From positions 1 through 35,854 of the forward strand of contig JBNGIO010005637.1 of assembly GCA_049999805.1 (NCBI GenBank): a stretch of 35,854 bases of DNA, in the 5' to 3' direction. The first letter of the stretch is position 1. Each line of letters opens with the position of its first letter. Under the pieces are notes generated by a model. That model was not told the DNA's origin and searched no databases. It saw nothing but the letters and a program-made list of their open reading frames with translations. Origin of the DNA: Folioceros fuciformis (lineage: Eukaryota). Positions 22,703-35,772 of the stretch are shown here, piece by piece. A program made the translations under genes and the position numbers.

Positions 22703-25700
22703 ATGGAGAAAGCTTTGCTACTCCGGGAGATTGTGAATAATCTATTCTACTCTCAATACGAACAATTCAGAGCCTTCCTTCATGTACTCGGTGGAGAGGA
22801 TCCTGGTTTTGCCATCAACTTGCTGTACTCCATACTTCACAAGGGTGGGCGCCTCCAGGGCTTGCTATGGTCGGAAAGTATTCCATCTGCTTCCCATCTG
22901 GCTTGGCTTTGCCTACGGGACTATGACACTCTGCAAAATAAGGTGGGGAAAGGAAGCTGGACCAAGTTTGTGTCTATGACGCATGCTTGTGAGCTACTCC
23001 TTTATGTTGGGGAGCTCGGCAGATGTCTTAAAGAGGAGATGCCTTTGTCCGAAACGAACGACAGGAGTCTCTCAGGTTCGGGACTATCTCAGCGTTTTGT
23101 GAACGTAACGGCCAGTCAGTGATCACGACTTCTGAGCAATATTGTGTGGCAGCTTCGGTGCAGGAAGACTGTGCATCTACAGCTCCGTCTGGCCCATCTG
23201 TTGACGCTGCATTCACGCAGCAGGCAGATGGGTCTGGTTTTCAAGTGCTTGAACAAGTGTGTACGGCGATCATTCATCTCCTCAGGCACTTGGGTGCACA
23301 TGAGCATTTCCAGGGAGAATCGGAGCCCGAATGTGTAAACTTGGGACTCAACAGTTTTGATCCTCAGGGCCAAGGTGCAAGAACAATGCATGGCTTAGGT
23401 GCTTCACATGGCCAAGTGGAGGCTGCCCAGGAAAGTAGATTTGAAGCTGCAAGATGCTTTGTTGACAGTTCAGAGAATGTACTAGAGAAACTCACGCTCG
23501 CTGTGCCAGAAATACTTTCTGCATTTTGTAAAGCCAGTGCAGAATGGGTTTTGCTACCTTTCGAAATGGTGGACAGTGCTTGCCCCGAAGCGAGCCTGAA
23601 AGCACAGTGTGTTTCCATGGTGGGCCTTGAAGGACTGTGCGACACTACGAGATCAGTGTTCTCTTTGACATCTGGTGACGATATGGCATGTCTGCATGCA
23701 CTGGTGCGAATCACTGTGCCAATGGCACATCTGCGATCTATGAGGAAGAATTTGAACGCTAAGTCTATGGTGAAAGCGGCTCAGCATCTTCGTTACTTGA
23801 ATGAGTCCTTCCTGGTTGCACACCCCGCTTACAGGTAGGTCTTTGAAAATCAATACTGCTCAGGCTTCTGCAGTTTACTTATTTCGAGTAATTGTGTGGG
23901 CTCTTCTGCCGTATGTGACATCTTAACGTTTTGCAGAGATGTTATCAAACTTCTTCTTATGGAAGCATTTAAGGAGGCTTGTGGAGATCATTTTTGGCAA
24001 ACAGCTGGAAAACTCAAAAGTTTGCGAGTGGTTTTATCCGCAGAAATTTTGGCCTCTGGTGGAACGTCTATGTGCTTGCTTCTTGAGGTATCTCTGTGAA
24101 CTATCTTCCAGGCTTCTGATGTTTCAACCCGTTTGGTGGCTATCCTTGTCAGTGACATTCTGCAGCTGTGATCTAGTCCATGCAAGACAATGTACTGCGT
24201 GAGGAAGCTACTAGGACCGGCCAGGCCAGTGAAGTTTTACTTTCTGCACTTCTTCACTGCATGCACAACCATTTGAGAAATATCCACGCACAGGAAATGT
24301 CTGTTGAGACCAAGACACAGGCCAAAGACGATGTTTTTGTGAATATCAAGTGTGACATATTCCAGAATGCATATGTTCATGGAGCACAGGCAATCGGCGA
24401 AGTGGTCCATGCCACTCTTTTGCTATTGGATGGTCTGCAGTTCCACGCAGCTGCTGATGTATGTCATGAAAGATTGCATGATGTCTTGAATTTTCTTCAA
24501 TATTTGTACCATTCACAGGTGGCAAACATGTCCGGTTCTGTCTTCCTCTGTTAGGCTAAATTACTGATGTGTATTTGGACCAGGTTCTTGCTCCTTTTCC
24601 CCATCTGCAACCAGTAGTAGCTGTCATGGGTTGGGATCTGCTTTTCGCGAAGACATCAGCACTTCAGAAGATGGTTCAGATACTTTGGGTCTGTAGGGCA
24701 GAATTCACACACATTAACAGAGGAGCCGATGGGGTTCGTGGCAGTTAATTTTCTGAATGATCAGGTTCCTCTTGTCTTTGGATTTTAGCTGTGCATTTCT
24801 AATTGGCTCAGAGCGAGTTGCAGCTTGCTGCTGTGGAATACCTGTGTGAGGAGCTTCGTTCCCGTTTGGAGGTTGCCTATTTTGTCTCAGACCTCTGTGT
24901 AGGTTGGACATCTAAAAGGAGAGATTCAATCTTCAACTCAGGTACTGAAGGCTGGAAGTTTTGCGTTTTGTTTTTAAACAGCTTTGTTGATTACAATTTC
25001 ATTCCCATGTCTGGCCAAATTTCTAAGCTAGAGCCCATATAGACCCGCGTGAAGAAATTGCGAATGGCGAACCTACAGATCCTTTTGTTGCTAATCTTGT
25101 TCTTGAGCATTTACAACTGAAGTCTACTATGCGTGTGAGTTTTCAACTTATAAGGATGTAGATGTGCCTCTTCCTCCGTGCTCACTTTTGTATGTTCTGT
25201 CCACTGAAGCTTAACAAGCGGAACTATTGAAATTATTTTCTTTCATCCTGAGCTCTTTGGCTACTGAGCTTTGCAGGTCATCTTTCAATTTCTTCCCGAT
25301 ATTAATTCTCATGATGCTTTATTTCTCTTGGGCAAGCAACCGAGTGCACCTTCAGCTGTCTCCAGCATGGAAAGGTCCGGCCCGCTGCTCCCCAAATTTT
25401 TCATAGTAAAAGTATAATGAGACATAGTGCTAACTTAGCCAGTGCACCTTTGACTAATTAGGATTGCGCAACAACAAATCTTATACCCTGAGCTACTCCA
25501 GAACTGAAAGTGTCACAATGAATTGCATTCTATGCAGGGAAGGGGATCTTGAGTTGATTCATATGTATTTTGGGATTATGGCTGCAATTAGATTACTGTG
25601 TATCTTGAAAATCAACGTTTCTATGATACCCAAAGTAGCTGTAGCAAAGGAGGACAATGGGGATATCCTCTCAGACGTCCAGGAGCATTTGGAGCAGGTT

Positions 25701-28700
25701 TCCACGCCTGCTCGCTGGGTAAGAAGACTGATTTTTTTTTACCACCATTTTTGTGACTGGCTTTCCGTGTGAAATGTAAAATCAGGAGTACGTCTGCTGT
25801 AACCTTGTGCCCCGTCTCTTTGCTGCAGTTGTGGATGCTCAATGCTGTTGTCTCTATCTGTTATTCGGGGCTGGAAGGGGTGGAATCTAAGCAGACTACC
25901 CAAGAGCTAGAAGCTGATCAGCCTGCCATGCGTAATTGTTTGGTGGGAAGGGATGTTGGGATGAATGCAGGCAGCTTGATGCACATGTCTGTGATGGTTG
26001 AGTTCTTAACTATTGTCAAGTCAATTCTGTCAGCTAAAAGGAGCTCAGCAAGGCTTCATTGTGATATGGAGGAAAAAGGGAGCTCCACAAGTTGGGCTGG
26101 AAGAGCCTCACAGGTGGAAATGATTGTTGATGACTGGAGCTGGCGCTTGGAAGCCATGCATCGTCTAACTGGTCAGCGGTTGCCTTGGACATATGTATTG
26201 GTAGCCTCTCCTTCGACTTTCTTGAACATGTAATCCATACCATCTGTTGGTGGCTCTGTGCAAAATTCCATGCTCCTGATATTCATGCCTGTTGTAGCCC
26301 CCTAGTTAGATTCCAAGGTTGTCTCAGGTAAATGAAGGTTCTGGAACGTTGCACGCTGTTTTTTCCAACTGAAGTGTGCTTTTCCCGCTTGGTGTACAGA
26401 TGCGTGCAGAACTGCTGTTATGACCTTGGGAGAGATACTTTGGACCGGTTTGATCTGCCTACCCATGAAGTTGCTTCACTATTGCTGGCAGAATGGATAG
26501 ACAGGGTCCACCCCTTTCCTTGAGATTCCTAAATTTTGTAGAAAAAAATGAATTTCTTGCTGGCAAACTGTAGTCATGTCCTTCATATGGTTTGAGATGT
26601 AGGTTCCATGCCTTGGTGCAATGAACCCTGCCCAATTAATTCTTGGTGTATTACCCTGAGATGATGGGTCTTTTGAATGTACATGTTTTTGACATTGTTC
26701 AAGCGTCCGTCATACAGGTGGAAGCCTCAAAGGTCAGATATTATGACGGAATATCCATCCCAAATGATGCTTTGGACTCAGTACACGATGCAACTCGCTC
26801 CGCTCTTTTGAATGTGAGTGTTTGTCATGCAGTTCTGCTCAAGGTCCCCCTTCTGGCGTTCTGACAGCGCTGCTTTTCTGTTGATAGGCTATCCTCTGTC
26901 TGGACTTCTGTATTGCATATTCATGGTCGATTCAGACATCATTGCCTCTTCTTAATGAGGTACAATGTTCTAGTAACCTGAGCATATGTCCATATTGTTT
27001 CTTAAAAGGCTTAAGCTACTTGCCGCATATAAAGACTTACAGGGGATTGTGTACTGCAACTGTGGCCTGCAGGCATCTAAAACATTGGCAGTGAACGAGG
27101 GAAAGCATGTTCTTTCAGAAAAGCTGGACATCACATGTGTTAGTAAGCATCTTGTGGATCATATTAGGGAGGTTTTCTCAAAGGTGAGAATCGGATGTCT
27201 CAGCTTCACTGGTGCATGGAATGATATCTGTTTAGAACCAGAGCATTGAGACGACATGGCACTATGTCTTTCCTTGGCTCACTGCAGTCAACACGGCTGT
27301 TGTAACTACAGGACCAATTCAGATCATTGCAGACAGAATTCATAAGACCTGACACAGGTGCTGATGCTCGCCAAGGCTCTAGACTGCGGGCCCTTCTCTT
27401 GCTGCAGCAAGTCATTGGTGATGCTTCCGGTGGGAAAAGGCAGTTCCTCAGTGGTACGGTGCTGGGATTTGCAGCTGGAGTGTGTGCGAGGACCTCCACT
27501 CTTGTGTTCAGCTGGATAATGTTGACACTGTGATCCTGGCTGTGTGAAGGTAAACTACACAATATTGTGAAAGCCCTGGCCGATGACGAGGCTGATGACA
27601 TAGGGGTCAGACCGGATGTTGACAGTAAGCAGTGGCAGTTTGAGGCAGGGGTGGCCCTTGGTCTTGGCTTTGCTGTCATTGCCAGCCTAGGCGCTGATAC
27701 TGGGGTAAGCCAGCCGTCTGGTGAACTAGTGCCATCTCCTGTGGTGAAAGGAGGGAGACGATGGCTGAACTCTTTGGGCAGCAAACCAATGGCCTTTCTT
27801 TCTGCCTTCACCCTCTACATTGCGACAATTGGTGATATTGTTGATGGAGTGGATACAACCCATGACTTCAATTTCTTCTCTTTGATGTTCCAATCACCTA
27901 AAGATGTGCGTTATTGCAGATTCTGCGTGCACTCTTCATCTTCATCTGTTCTGCCTGGAAATAATCTCGTTGCTTAGAAACCTGATGCTAATCATGGCTT
28001 CCTTGCAGCTATTGACACGTCTCAGCTTTGAAGAAATCAGTTTTGATGCGGCAGTAAAGGTTGCTGAAATAATGGGTGTAGACTTGGTGCAGCATGTGAT
28101 ATCTGTGAGCGCACATTGTGTACATCCTCCTTATGCAGCCAAAGGATGGGCTACAATTCACGAAGCTCTTTATCTAAAACTTAGCTTGTGGTCAAATATT
28201 GGGGGACTGGCCAAGGAGACGGGCTATAATCTGTGGCTCGATGGGATTAAACATCTCATGACAGTATCCCCTCCTCGTGCAATTTTGGTCTGTGTCTTCG
28301 GAAATAACAGATGCCCAATATGGTCAGAAGATTGTGTGCAAGCACAGCAGGATCGTGACCGAGCTCTTTTTGAGTTCACTTTGGAGCAATCAGAGAAGTA
28401 AGGGCTCATGGAAATGTCTTGAATGTTGCTTGACTATGTTAGTAATATTTATCATGGGTATGTGCAGTTTTCCCATCCTGAACCGCTGGATCCAGATGCA
28501 AGTGAACCTCCAGCGGCTTTCATGTTTTCCCAACAACCAAAGTTGCAAAAACTATGACAAGATGGTGGCTGGGCGAAAGACGTTGAAGCGATTGCACAGC
28601 AGGTTAGATGAACCTCAGGAAAGGCAAGGAGAACAGTCATTGCGAACACCACAAGAAGATTTGGTGGAGAACCTTGGCAGCAAGAAAGAGGTCACCCAGC

Positions 28701-31700
28701 ATGAGCTTGAAGTCGCCAACCTTTTCCAAGTGCAGATGATAGAATCCTCTGAAGCCTATCAGGCCCAGGGACGGGGGCAACTAAATCTGAAGACTGCTGG
28801 ATCTTGCAGTGTTTCTGAACTTTCTTTTGATTGGGAAAGTAGAGGCCCCTATGAGGATGCTGTGTGGAGGTGACCGCCCGATGGATTCTTTTGTACTGGC
28901 ATGTGCCTTTTCCCATAGCTTCATGCCTGATGGGGTGGTTTTGATTGGCAGGTTGGTGGTAGAAGGGAAGTTAATGGACGCTTTGGCTCTAGCAGATAGG
29001 TGGCTTTGTGATGGAGCTCCTGATCAGCTGCTGGAGCTGCTTGTAGAGAAGGGACAGGGCAGTGCCGAACAATCTACACATTGGTATGCCCAAGGAGCAC
29101 ATTCCAACTCCTGGAACAATAGTTGGCAGTATTGCATCCGTCTACGAGACAAGAATCTTGCTGCACAGCTGGCACTTAGGTGAGCGCTCATTATAGTTGC
29201 TTTGAGTTTGATGAGGAATTGGATGTCAGGCTGAGAAGGGATGTAAGTTTAATGCCTAGGTCGTTATCTGACATTGTTCCGAACCTTTGAAGGCTCTCTT
29301 TGACTCTCCGTGAATGAGACTTTGGCGTGCTCTGCCCTTGAAGTGGCACGCTGCTTAGGGGTGTAGAACTTGAATGATGTTGGACACCTTGATATTTGTG
29401 GTATGTTTTCCCTGTAGGTATCTTGATGGTTGGGAGCTTGCTGCTGCTATAGATGTTTTAACCATGTGCAAGTGTCAGTTGTTGCCAAATGAGCCACAGT
29501 ATTGGAAGGTGCCAGTGAAATACTCCTTGACTTTCTGGCCCTTTGCTGCGAAACTATACATGTCCAATGCTTCCCCTGTTAAGTCTACGCTTGCAGGTGT
29601 CAGAAAGGAGGGATGCGCTTTTGCAGTTTAGCAGGATCATGCAGGCTGATGCTGAATTTGTGAAGTGGCAAGAGGTACGCATTGTTGCTGTTGGGAAAGC
29701 ATGTAGCCTTAGCTTTACTTAGCTTCTGATCAGGACACACCTTCCTTTTGTTTGTGTTTTCTCGCAACAGGTAGAATTGCTCAGTAGAATTGATCCGGAG
29801 GGACTTGCTCTAAGGCTTTCTGGCAAGGGAGCTGTTCTTGAAGCACTGGAAATTGCTGAATCCTTCAGGCTGCCATCTCCTCTTCGAACAGAATTGCAGG
29901 GCCGTCATCTAGTGAAGATTTTCCAAGCAGGACCTGTTGAGGGAGGCGGCTCTGCTTCTGGTCTCAAGTTCCTTTTGCAACATTCTGAAAATGCCTTCCC
30001 TATAGCCATGGCAGCACTGGAGCAATTGCCAGATTTGCAATCAAAGCAGCTTCTTGTAATTCTTTGAGTCCGGTTTTTCAAAATGCTGAAAATGTGGCTT
30101 GATTTAAAAAACTGCTCATGTGAAGCTTACTTTTCTGCAGGTCCAGTTCATCTCAAAAAACCATGCAGGCATGCTTTCAAAAGAGGACCATTTGAAGGTG
30201 GATCAGGTGGTACTTAGCCTGCGAATGCTAGGGGCTTTACCACTTCCATGGCAGAATCGCTGTTCAGCACTTCATGCTCATCCAAAGCTTATATTTGAAA
30301 CGTTGCTGATGTGGAAGCAGTGGCGCACAGCTTTGGAGGTTGAGGAGACGTGTGAAACTGTTTCTTGTTTGCATCAGTTATTTGCCAACTGCCAAGTTCC
30401 TCTTACTAAGTGTAACACTATGTTACCATGTGCAGTTGTTGCAGACTTTTCCGTCTCTCAAAGATGATGCTTTGGTGATTGCATATGCGGCAAAGGCAAT
30501 TTCTGTAAGTCCACCTGTTATTGCAGAAACATCACCTGCCCCAGTACAAGCCTCTGGGAAGTGGGCCCATCCAGCTGTACCGGAATTGCACCTGAAAAGT
30601 ACCCCAGGTAATAGGCATTGGGATGGCAGATCTGCATCTGCAACACTGATGACAGAGCATGATGGGATTTCAAAACACAAGAATAGCAGTGCCGTTTCTT
30701 CACCAGAAGGAGCTGCTTGGGCACCAATGTCAGGGCTAGTAGACGAGCATCTTGCTGGACTGGTTCCAGAAGGATATGGAAGGACAGCCTCCGTGGCGTT
30801 GGCAGAAGATTGGGTGTTGACTGGCGATCCTGCCAGGGATGAGTGTGTCCGCAGTTTGCATCACTTTGAGAACGCACCTTGTGCTATCCTCTTCAAGGTC
30901 TTATAAGCTAGAGCAGCTTTTTCACAAGCTATAGTCTATGAGTAATATCTGGTACAAAGTCGGCTTTTTGCATCAGAAATATTGGGATAAATGAGCTCTG
31001 ATCTTCTTGATATGCTGCATGCAGTCGCTGCTCTCATTATGCTCTGAAGAAGTGGCTATCAGAGCTGCAGTTGATCTCTGTGTTGCTCAAGCTGAACGCC
31101 TGTTGGGGGCGGAGCATCTCACACCTACTGCATCCCTGGAATCTATTGAACGGGCATACTCTGCAGCAGGAGTGTTCATTTCGGTAGGGTTTTGCAGCGT
31201 GAGTTTCAGTAGTGACTGTGTAAATCTTCATCTTATTCCAACTGGTCGTTGCAGATCTTGCAAGGTGCTGACCGACAGATGCAGGTGCTCCGGGCTGATG
31301 AGAAAGGTGTATTCTTGCATAGGAGAGAGGACTTCGCAACTCTGCCAGCTATGTTAAGCACTAACAGGATTACTCATGTTGCAGATAAAATGGCAGAACT
31401 TTTGGACTCGGTCCATCAGTGGCTTCATCGGATGGCGGTTTTGCAATGTCTTCTGGGAGCTCGCGTATCAGCATCCCTTGATGACATAGGGCACATGGAT
31501 GAATCCATGCAGCTCCGTGATCGGCTTCTTGCAGAAGAGAGATACAGCCTGGCACTATCTATATGCGCAAAGTTGAAGGTACTTGCCACAAAGTAGGGGA
31601 AAGGTCATCCCTTCATCCAGTCATTTAACACGTCGATACAGATATTTGGAGGTTATACTCCAAGGATAATGAGTGATGCTCTTATGCAACATGACATTGC

Positions 31701-34700
31701 TCCAGCACTATTTAGAACAGTGAGAATCTGATTCTTGTGCCCGGTTCACAGGTTGATGCCTTTCCTGCCTGGAATGCTTGGGGTCATACTCTTCTCAGCA
31801 TTGGACGATATTCACAAGCTCGAGAAAAATTCCAGTAAGCCACGTCCAGCCGTGGTTCCTTCATTGCTTCGATCTGATATTCTATGGCATGTCAAGTCAG
31901 TTATATGCTTCTAATGTTGTCTATTGTCTAACATGGCTGCCTATTCTGCTGTGTCAGACAAGCTATGCAATGTGTAACAAGTGATCCTACACCCGTTGTC
32001 CGGCAAATAGTATTTGCGATTGAGGCTGGACCACCAGCAGACGTGTCAGCTGTGAATGATTTGTAAGAGCTGTTACTCGTGGCAGCCATTTCTGATCTCA
32101 GTTCCTTATCAGTAATTTGTCAAGGTCAATCTGTAATGTGTCATGTGCAACTCTGCAGGTACTTTCACATGGCAAACAATGTGTACTCCTCGTCAGATGA
32201 TTCGCTGTCTGCTGATTCATATCTGAATGTCCTGCATGTTCCATCGTTTCAAAAGACAGAAAAGGCCAGATGGTCTATTGAGGATTCCCCTGATTCACCA
32301 GGCCGTCTGCTTAGCACAATTGCAGATGATCACGTCCTGCAAAGCAATTTGGATGATTCTCACTTTGAAGAATGCATGCTCTACCTGAAGGCGGTATGTC
32401 ATGGTTCTGCTGTAAGCTGCAGCCTGTGGTGCCTAAGACATTCCTCTCTATAAGTTCTGACAGGTATGCTAGTTAGGAGCGCTAATTTGTGCATGTGATT
32501 GTGGGCTCACACTGTTGCGTTGCGGTTTGCTCCAGTTTTGCCGGCAAGATGTCCTTTCTTTTGCATTTCAGCACGGGCGATACACTCAAGCCTGTCAGAT
32601 TATGTTGCCCTCGAATGGGATGCAGCCCCGTGCTCTGCTGTCCCTGCACCAGATGCAGGCTCCATCCCCATCCCCTCAAAGAGTCGACTCTCTGGCTACA
32701 GAGTATGGATCGGTGGATGATCTTTGTGAATTTTGTGTGGGGTATTCAACTATTCCAGTCCTTGAGCACACTTTGGCAACAGTGGCAAGCAATCAAGTTC
32801 CTGATGCGCATGTGCTACTTGCTGCGTCCCTTCAACGAGTATGTAACTATTGTGAAGTTCATCGGCACTTCAATCATCTCTACCGGTTTCAGGTACCTGA
32901 AACAATTCAGGATGAACTGTCGTCTCTGATAGAAGATTTTCAACAGTGCAAAATGGTTTTCCAAAGATAAGCTGCTGTTTGCATCAGGAATGCAAACTCT
33001 GCAGTAACTCTTTGTAATTGTCTTCACAGAGGCAGGGGATGTGCTCTTGATTCATGTAATTTGGTTGCACAGTTTATGGAAAGGACTGAGATGTTGAATT
33101 TCTGTGACACATCATACGAGTTCTCTTGTCATCTCTCTCTTATGATGAATCTTCTGGTTGGATGGGATGTGCAGCTGCTGAAGAAGGACCACGTAGCTGC
33201 AGGTCTCTGTCAAATTCAACTCTTTCAATTCTCATTGATGCAAGAAGAAGCAGTTCAGCATCTGGAACAGGCCAAGGTATCCTTAATTGCTATAAGGCTT
33301 TTAGGCCATGTCTCCCTTCAGTGTACTTGTGCATGTGCAGGTGGTTTGAACCCGTCCATACTTTGGGTGTATTCCCTCAGGTGCACTTTGATGAGGGTCT
33401 GTTAGCTCGGCAAGCTGGAGAAGGGGCCAAGAATGTTGGGAAGGTGAACCGAGTGAGAAGTCCTGCAGAGAAGCTGACCGAAGAAGAGCTTATAAAATTC
33501 AGTGCCCGTGTTGGCTTACAGGTGAACTCAGGAACAAGTTCTCCGTTAGAGCTTGCCCATACCAGTTTACATTTCCGGGTGTTAGTGCTCATGGATACGT
33601 ACGCCAAATGTCAGGTGGATGTGACGCGCAGCCTGTGTGATACGGAACGTCGCCCGTGGATGTATTCGCTGTTCGGGAACCCAAATGATGCGGATACACT
33701 GAAGTATGTTGCGTGGAGTTGTTTATGACTATAATAGGCTGGCAAAATAGGCCGACGTGTATTTCATTCTAAAATAGGAGGCTCTTGAGGACGTATACCC
33801 TGGCATGTTGCAGGCGAAGGTGTGAAGTTGTTGAGGCTCTTCTGGACAAGACTTTTGACCTTGCCTTCAAAATCATCTATGAGTTCAGTCTGCCACGTAG
33901 GTGCTTGAGAGCTTGTTGATCTGCCTGTTCACGTCTCAGTGATACACCCTATTCCTGCCTTCGAGGGATACATAATCTGATGATCCCATGATGAATTGGA
34001 TCTTGGCCCTTGGCTCTCCAGGTATACACATCTATGCTGGCTTTGCTGCATCACTTGCCGCAAAGAAGAAGAGTCATCACCTGACTGAGTTCTTTCACAA
34101 CATCAGGGGTACCATTGGTGACGAAGATTTGGACCAGGTTCTTGATCTTCTCAAGCTTTGCGCTTAAATGTTGCGTCCCAATGTTGATATGCTGACACCG
34201 ATTGACATTGCATGTTGACATTTTCTGTTTCACTTTCAGATTTTGGGAGCCGCAATTAGTGTCTATGTTCACAGGCATGAAGAGCGTCCAGACCAACTTA
34301 TAGAAATGATCAGTAGCAGTCACAGGTGTGACAGGCCAGCTCATTGGTCCCTCTGCTGTCTCGGATGCTGATTGGGGTCTTGTGGTCTTGATTTCTTGAA
34401 AAGTCTCCCATTGTCTGCCGTGGGTCTCTCTGATGCACTGTAACCTCCTGACCTGACCTGACCTGACCTGACCTGATCAGACCTGACCAGACCTGACCTG
34501 ACCTGATCTGACCTGGCCTGACCTGACCTGACCTGACCTGACCTGACCTGACCTGCGTTGCTTGAATCAGAAAAGTGCTAGCTCTCGTGATATGTGGGCG
34601 ACTGAAGGCAGCATTTCAAATTGCTTCCAAAAGTGGAAGTGTTTCAGATGTTCAGTATGTTGCTCATCAGGTGATCCTTGTATTTGCAACTGTGGAGTGT

Positions 34701-34836
34701 ATTTTTGTGGATGACCTCAACAGGAATTGACGTCTAACCTCCAAATGTTGGCTTGTGACAGGCTCAGTTCTTGCATGCTTCTGCTGTTGTGAAGTTGTGC
34801 AAAAACTGGCTGCGCCAGGTGGCCATGTTTCCTTAG
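22703..34836 (+). CDS. ZFYVE26: Plant spastizin homolog (ZFYVE26/SPG15-like, AP-5-associated alpha-solenoid), 38 coding exons, ~2,556 aa
   Basis: Recognised family motifs: LAPFPHLQPVVAVMGWDLL, DPFVANLVLEHL, GKRQFLSGKLHNIVKALAD, FLSAFTLYIATIGDIVDGVDTTHDFNFFSL, FPILNRWIQMQ, SWQYCIRLRDKNLAAQLALRYL, WNAWG, KKDHVAAGLCQIQLF, SLFGNPND, CGRLKAAFQIASKSGSVSDVQYVAHQA. Manual GT-AG exon model, phase-consistent, 7,671 nt: 22703-23075, 23153-23834, 23937-24087, 24177-24518, 24584-24733, 24812-24941, 25043-25134, 25277-25374, 25538-25718, 25829-26229, 26400-26505, 26718-26813, 26888-26959, 27073-27183, 27312-27453, 27550-27905, 28009-28397, 28468-28869, 28952-29179, 29418-29508, 29597-29674, 29771-30055, 30141-30338, 30436-30897, 31025-31183, 31255-31578, 31752-31834, 31958-32062, 32159-32393, 32536-32892, 33175-33276, 33381-33521, 33615-33703, 33814-33896, 34022-34137, 34240-34325, 34571-34670, 34762-34836. 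A few boundaries (exons 1, 2, 4, 5, 6, 15) are less certain. Confidence 0.92.
34447..34555 (+). repeat. (CCTGA)n pentanucleotide microsatellite, ~22 units, in intron 36
   Basis: Read directly; a short (ACCTG)3 run also occurs at ~35101-35115. Confidence 0.95.
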
Positions 34837-35239
34837 GGCTGTTCAGTGGCTAGTGTCGAACCCTCGCAATTTGACACTGAGCACGTAAGAGCACGACAAC
34901 GTAGCGACCCTAGGGATATGCTTCCTGTGGATTATTAAAGTCCAGGTTTCTTTATGGAAGTCCAGGCTACTTATTGGTGAGATTAATCGCGATTTGTTGA
35001 GTTCACCATAGATTGGGTAGCAACCTGGAGGGGGCTTGCGGTGGCCCTGGGAGAGCCCTGTTGACTGGTGATGGGAGTTAGACCCATAGCAGCCCCCGTG
35101 ACCTGACCTGACCTGGACGCGGACGGATTTAGCCTCATGCAAATTTACAGCTGTGCTTCTTGCTCCTTTTTGCTTGTCTTGATTCAAAACATGGGTCCCT
35201 TTTTTGGCCTCGATTGTGCAGCAATGCCCGCCGCAGTAA

Positions 35240-35353
35240 CACTAGGCTCCAAGCAGCCTCGTGCGGGTCCGAGAAACAACGAGACCACACTAGGCTCCTA
35301 GTAGCCTCGTGCGGCTATGAGAAGTGGGGAGGCCACACTAGGCTCCAAGTAGG
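35240..35353. repeat. 48-bp degenerate tandem repeat (~2.3 copies)
   Basis: CACTAGGCTCC at 35240, 35288 and 35336. Confidence 0.8.
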
Positions 35354-35387
35354 GTGTCATTCAGTGGTGACTCGTGAACCACCCCCT

Positions 35388-35656
35388 CGACTCTTTATTC
35401 AGAGATCCTTCGACTCTTTATTCAGAGATCCTTCGACCCTTTATTCAGAGATCCTTCGACTCTTTATTCAGAGATCCTTCGACCCTTTATTCAGAGATCT
35501 TTCGACTCTTTATTCAGAGATCCTTCGACCCTTTATTCAGAGATCCTTCGACTCTTTATTCAGAGATCCTTCGACCCTTTATTCAGAGATCCTTCGACCC
35601 TTTATTCAGAGATCCTTCGACCCTTTATTCAGAGATCCTTCGACTCTTTATTCAGA
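35388..35656. repeat. 23-bp minisatellite (CGACYCTTTATTCAGAGATCCTT), ~12 copies
   Basis: Near-perfect head-to-tail copies from 35388 to 35656 with a C/T variant site. Confidence 0.96.
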
Positions 35657-35772
35657 CACACTTAGGATCATTTGGCATGAGTCTCAAACCGGACCCGGCT
35701 AATGTGCCCGTGTCCGAGCTAATGTGCCCGGGTCCGAATTCAGGTGTTCCAAACTATGGACCCGTCTACACG

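Noticed and set aside
23076-23152. Frameshift or pseudogenisation between ORFs 22691-23122 and 23119-23838
   Set aside because: A 77-bp GT-AG intron joins the two frames in phase.
27206-27811. 201-aa antisense ORF and other - strand ORFs over the spastizin gene
   Set aside because: Shadow ORFs of coding exons that cross introns and show no independent protein features.
35160-35702. 180-aa ORF; likewise ORFs at 16323-16958, 20293-20776 and 8323-8641
   Set aside because: These are translations of tandem repeats with periodic peptides and no domain signal.
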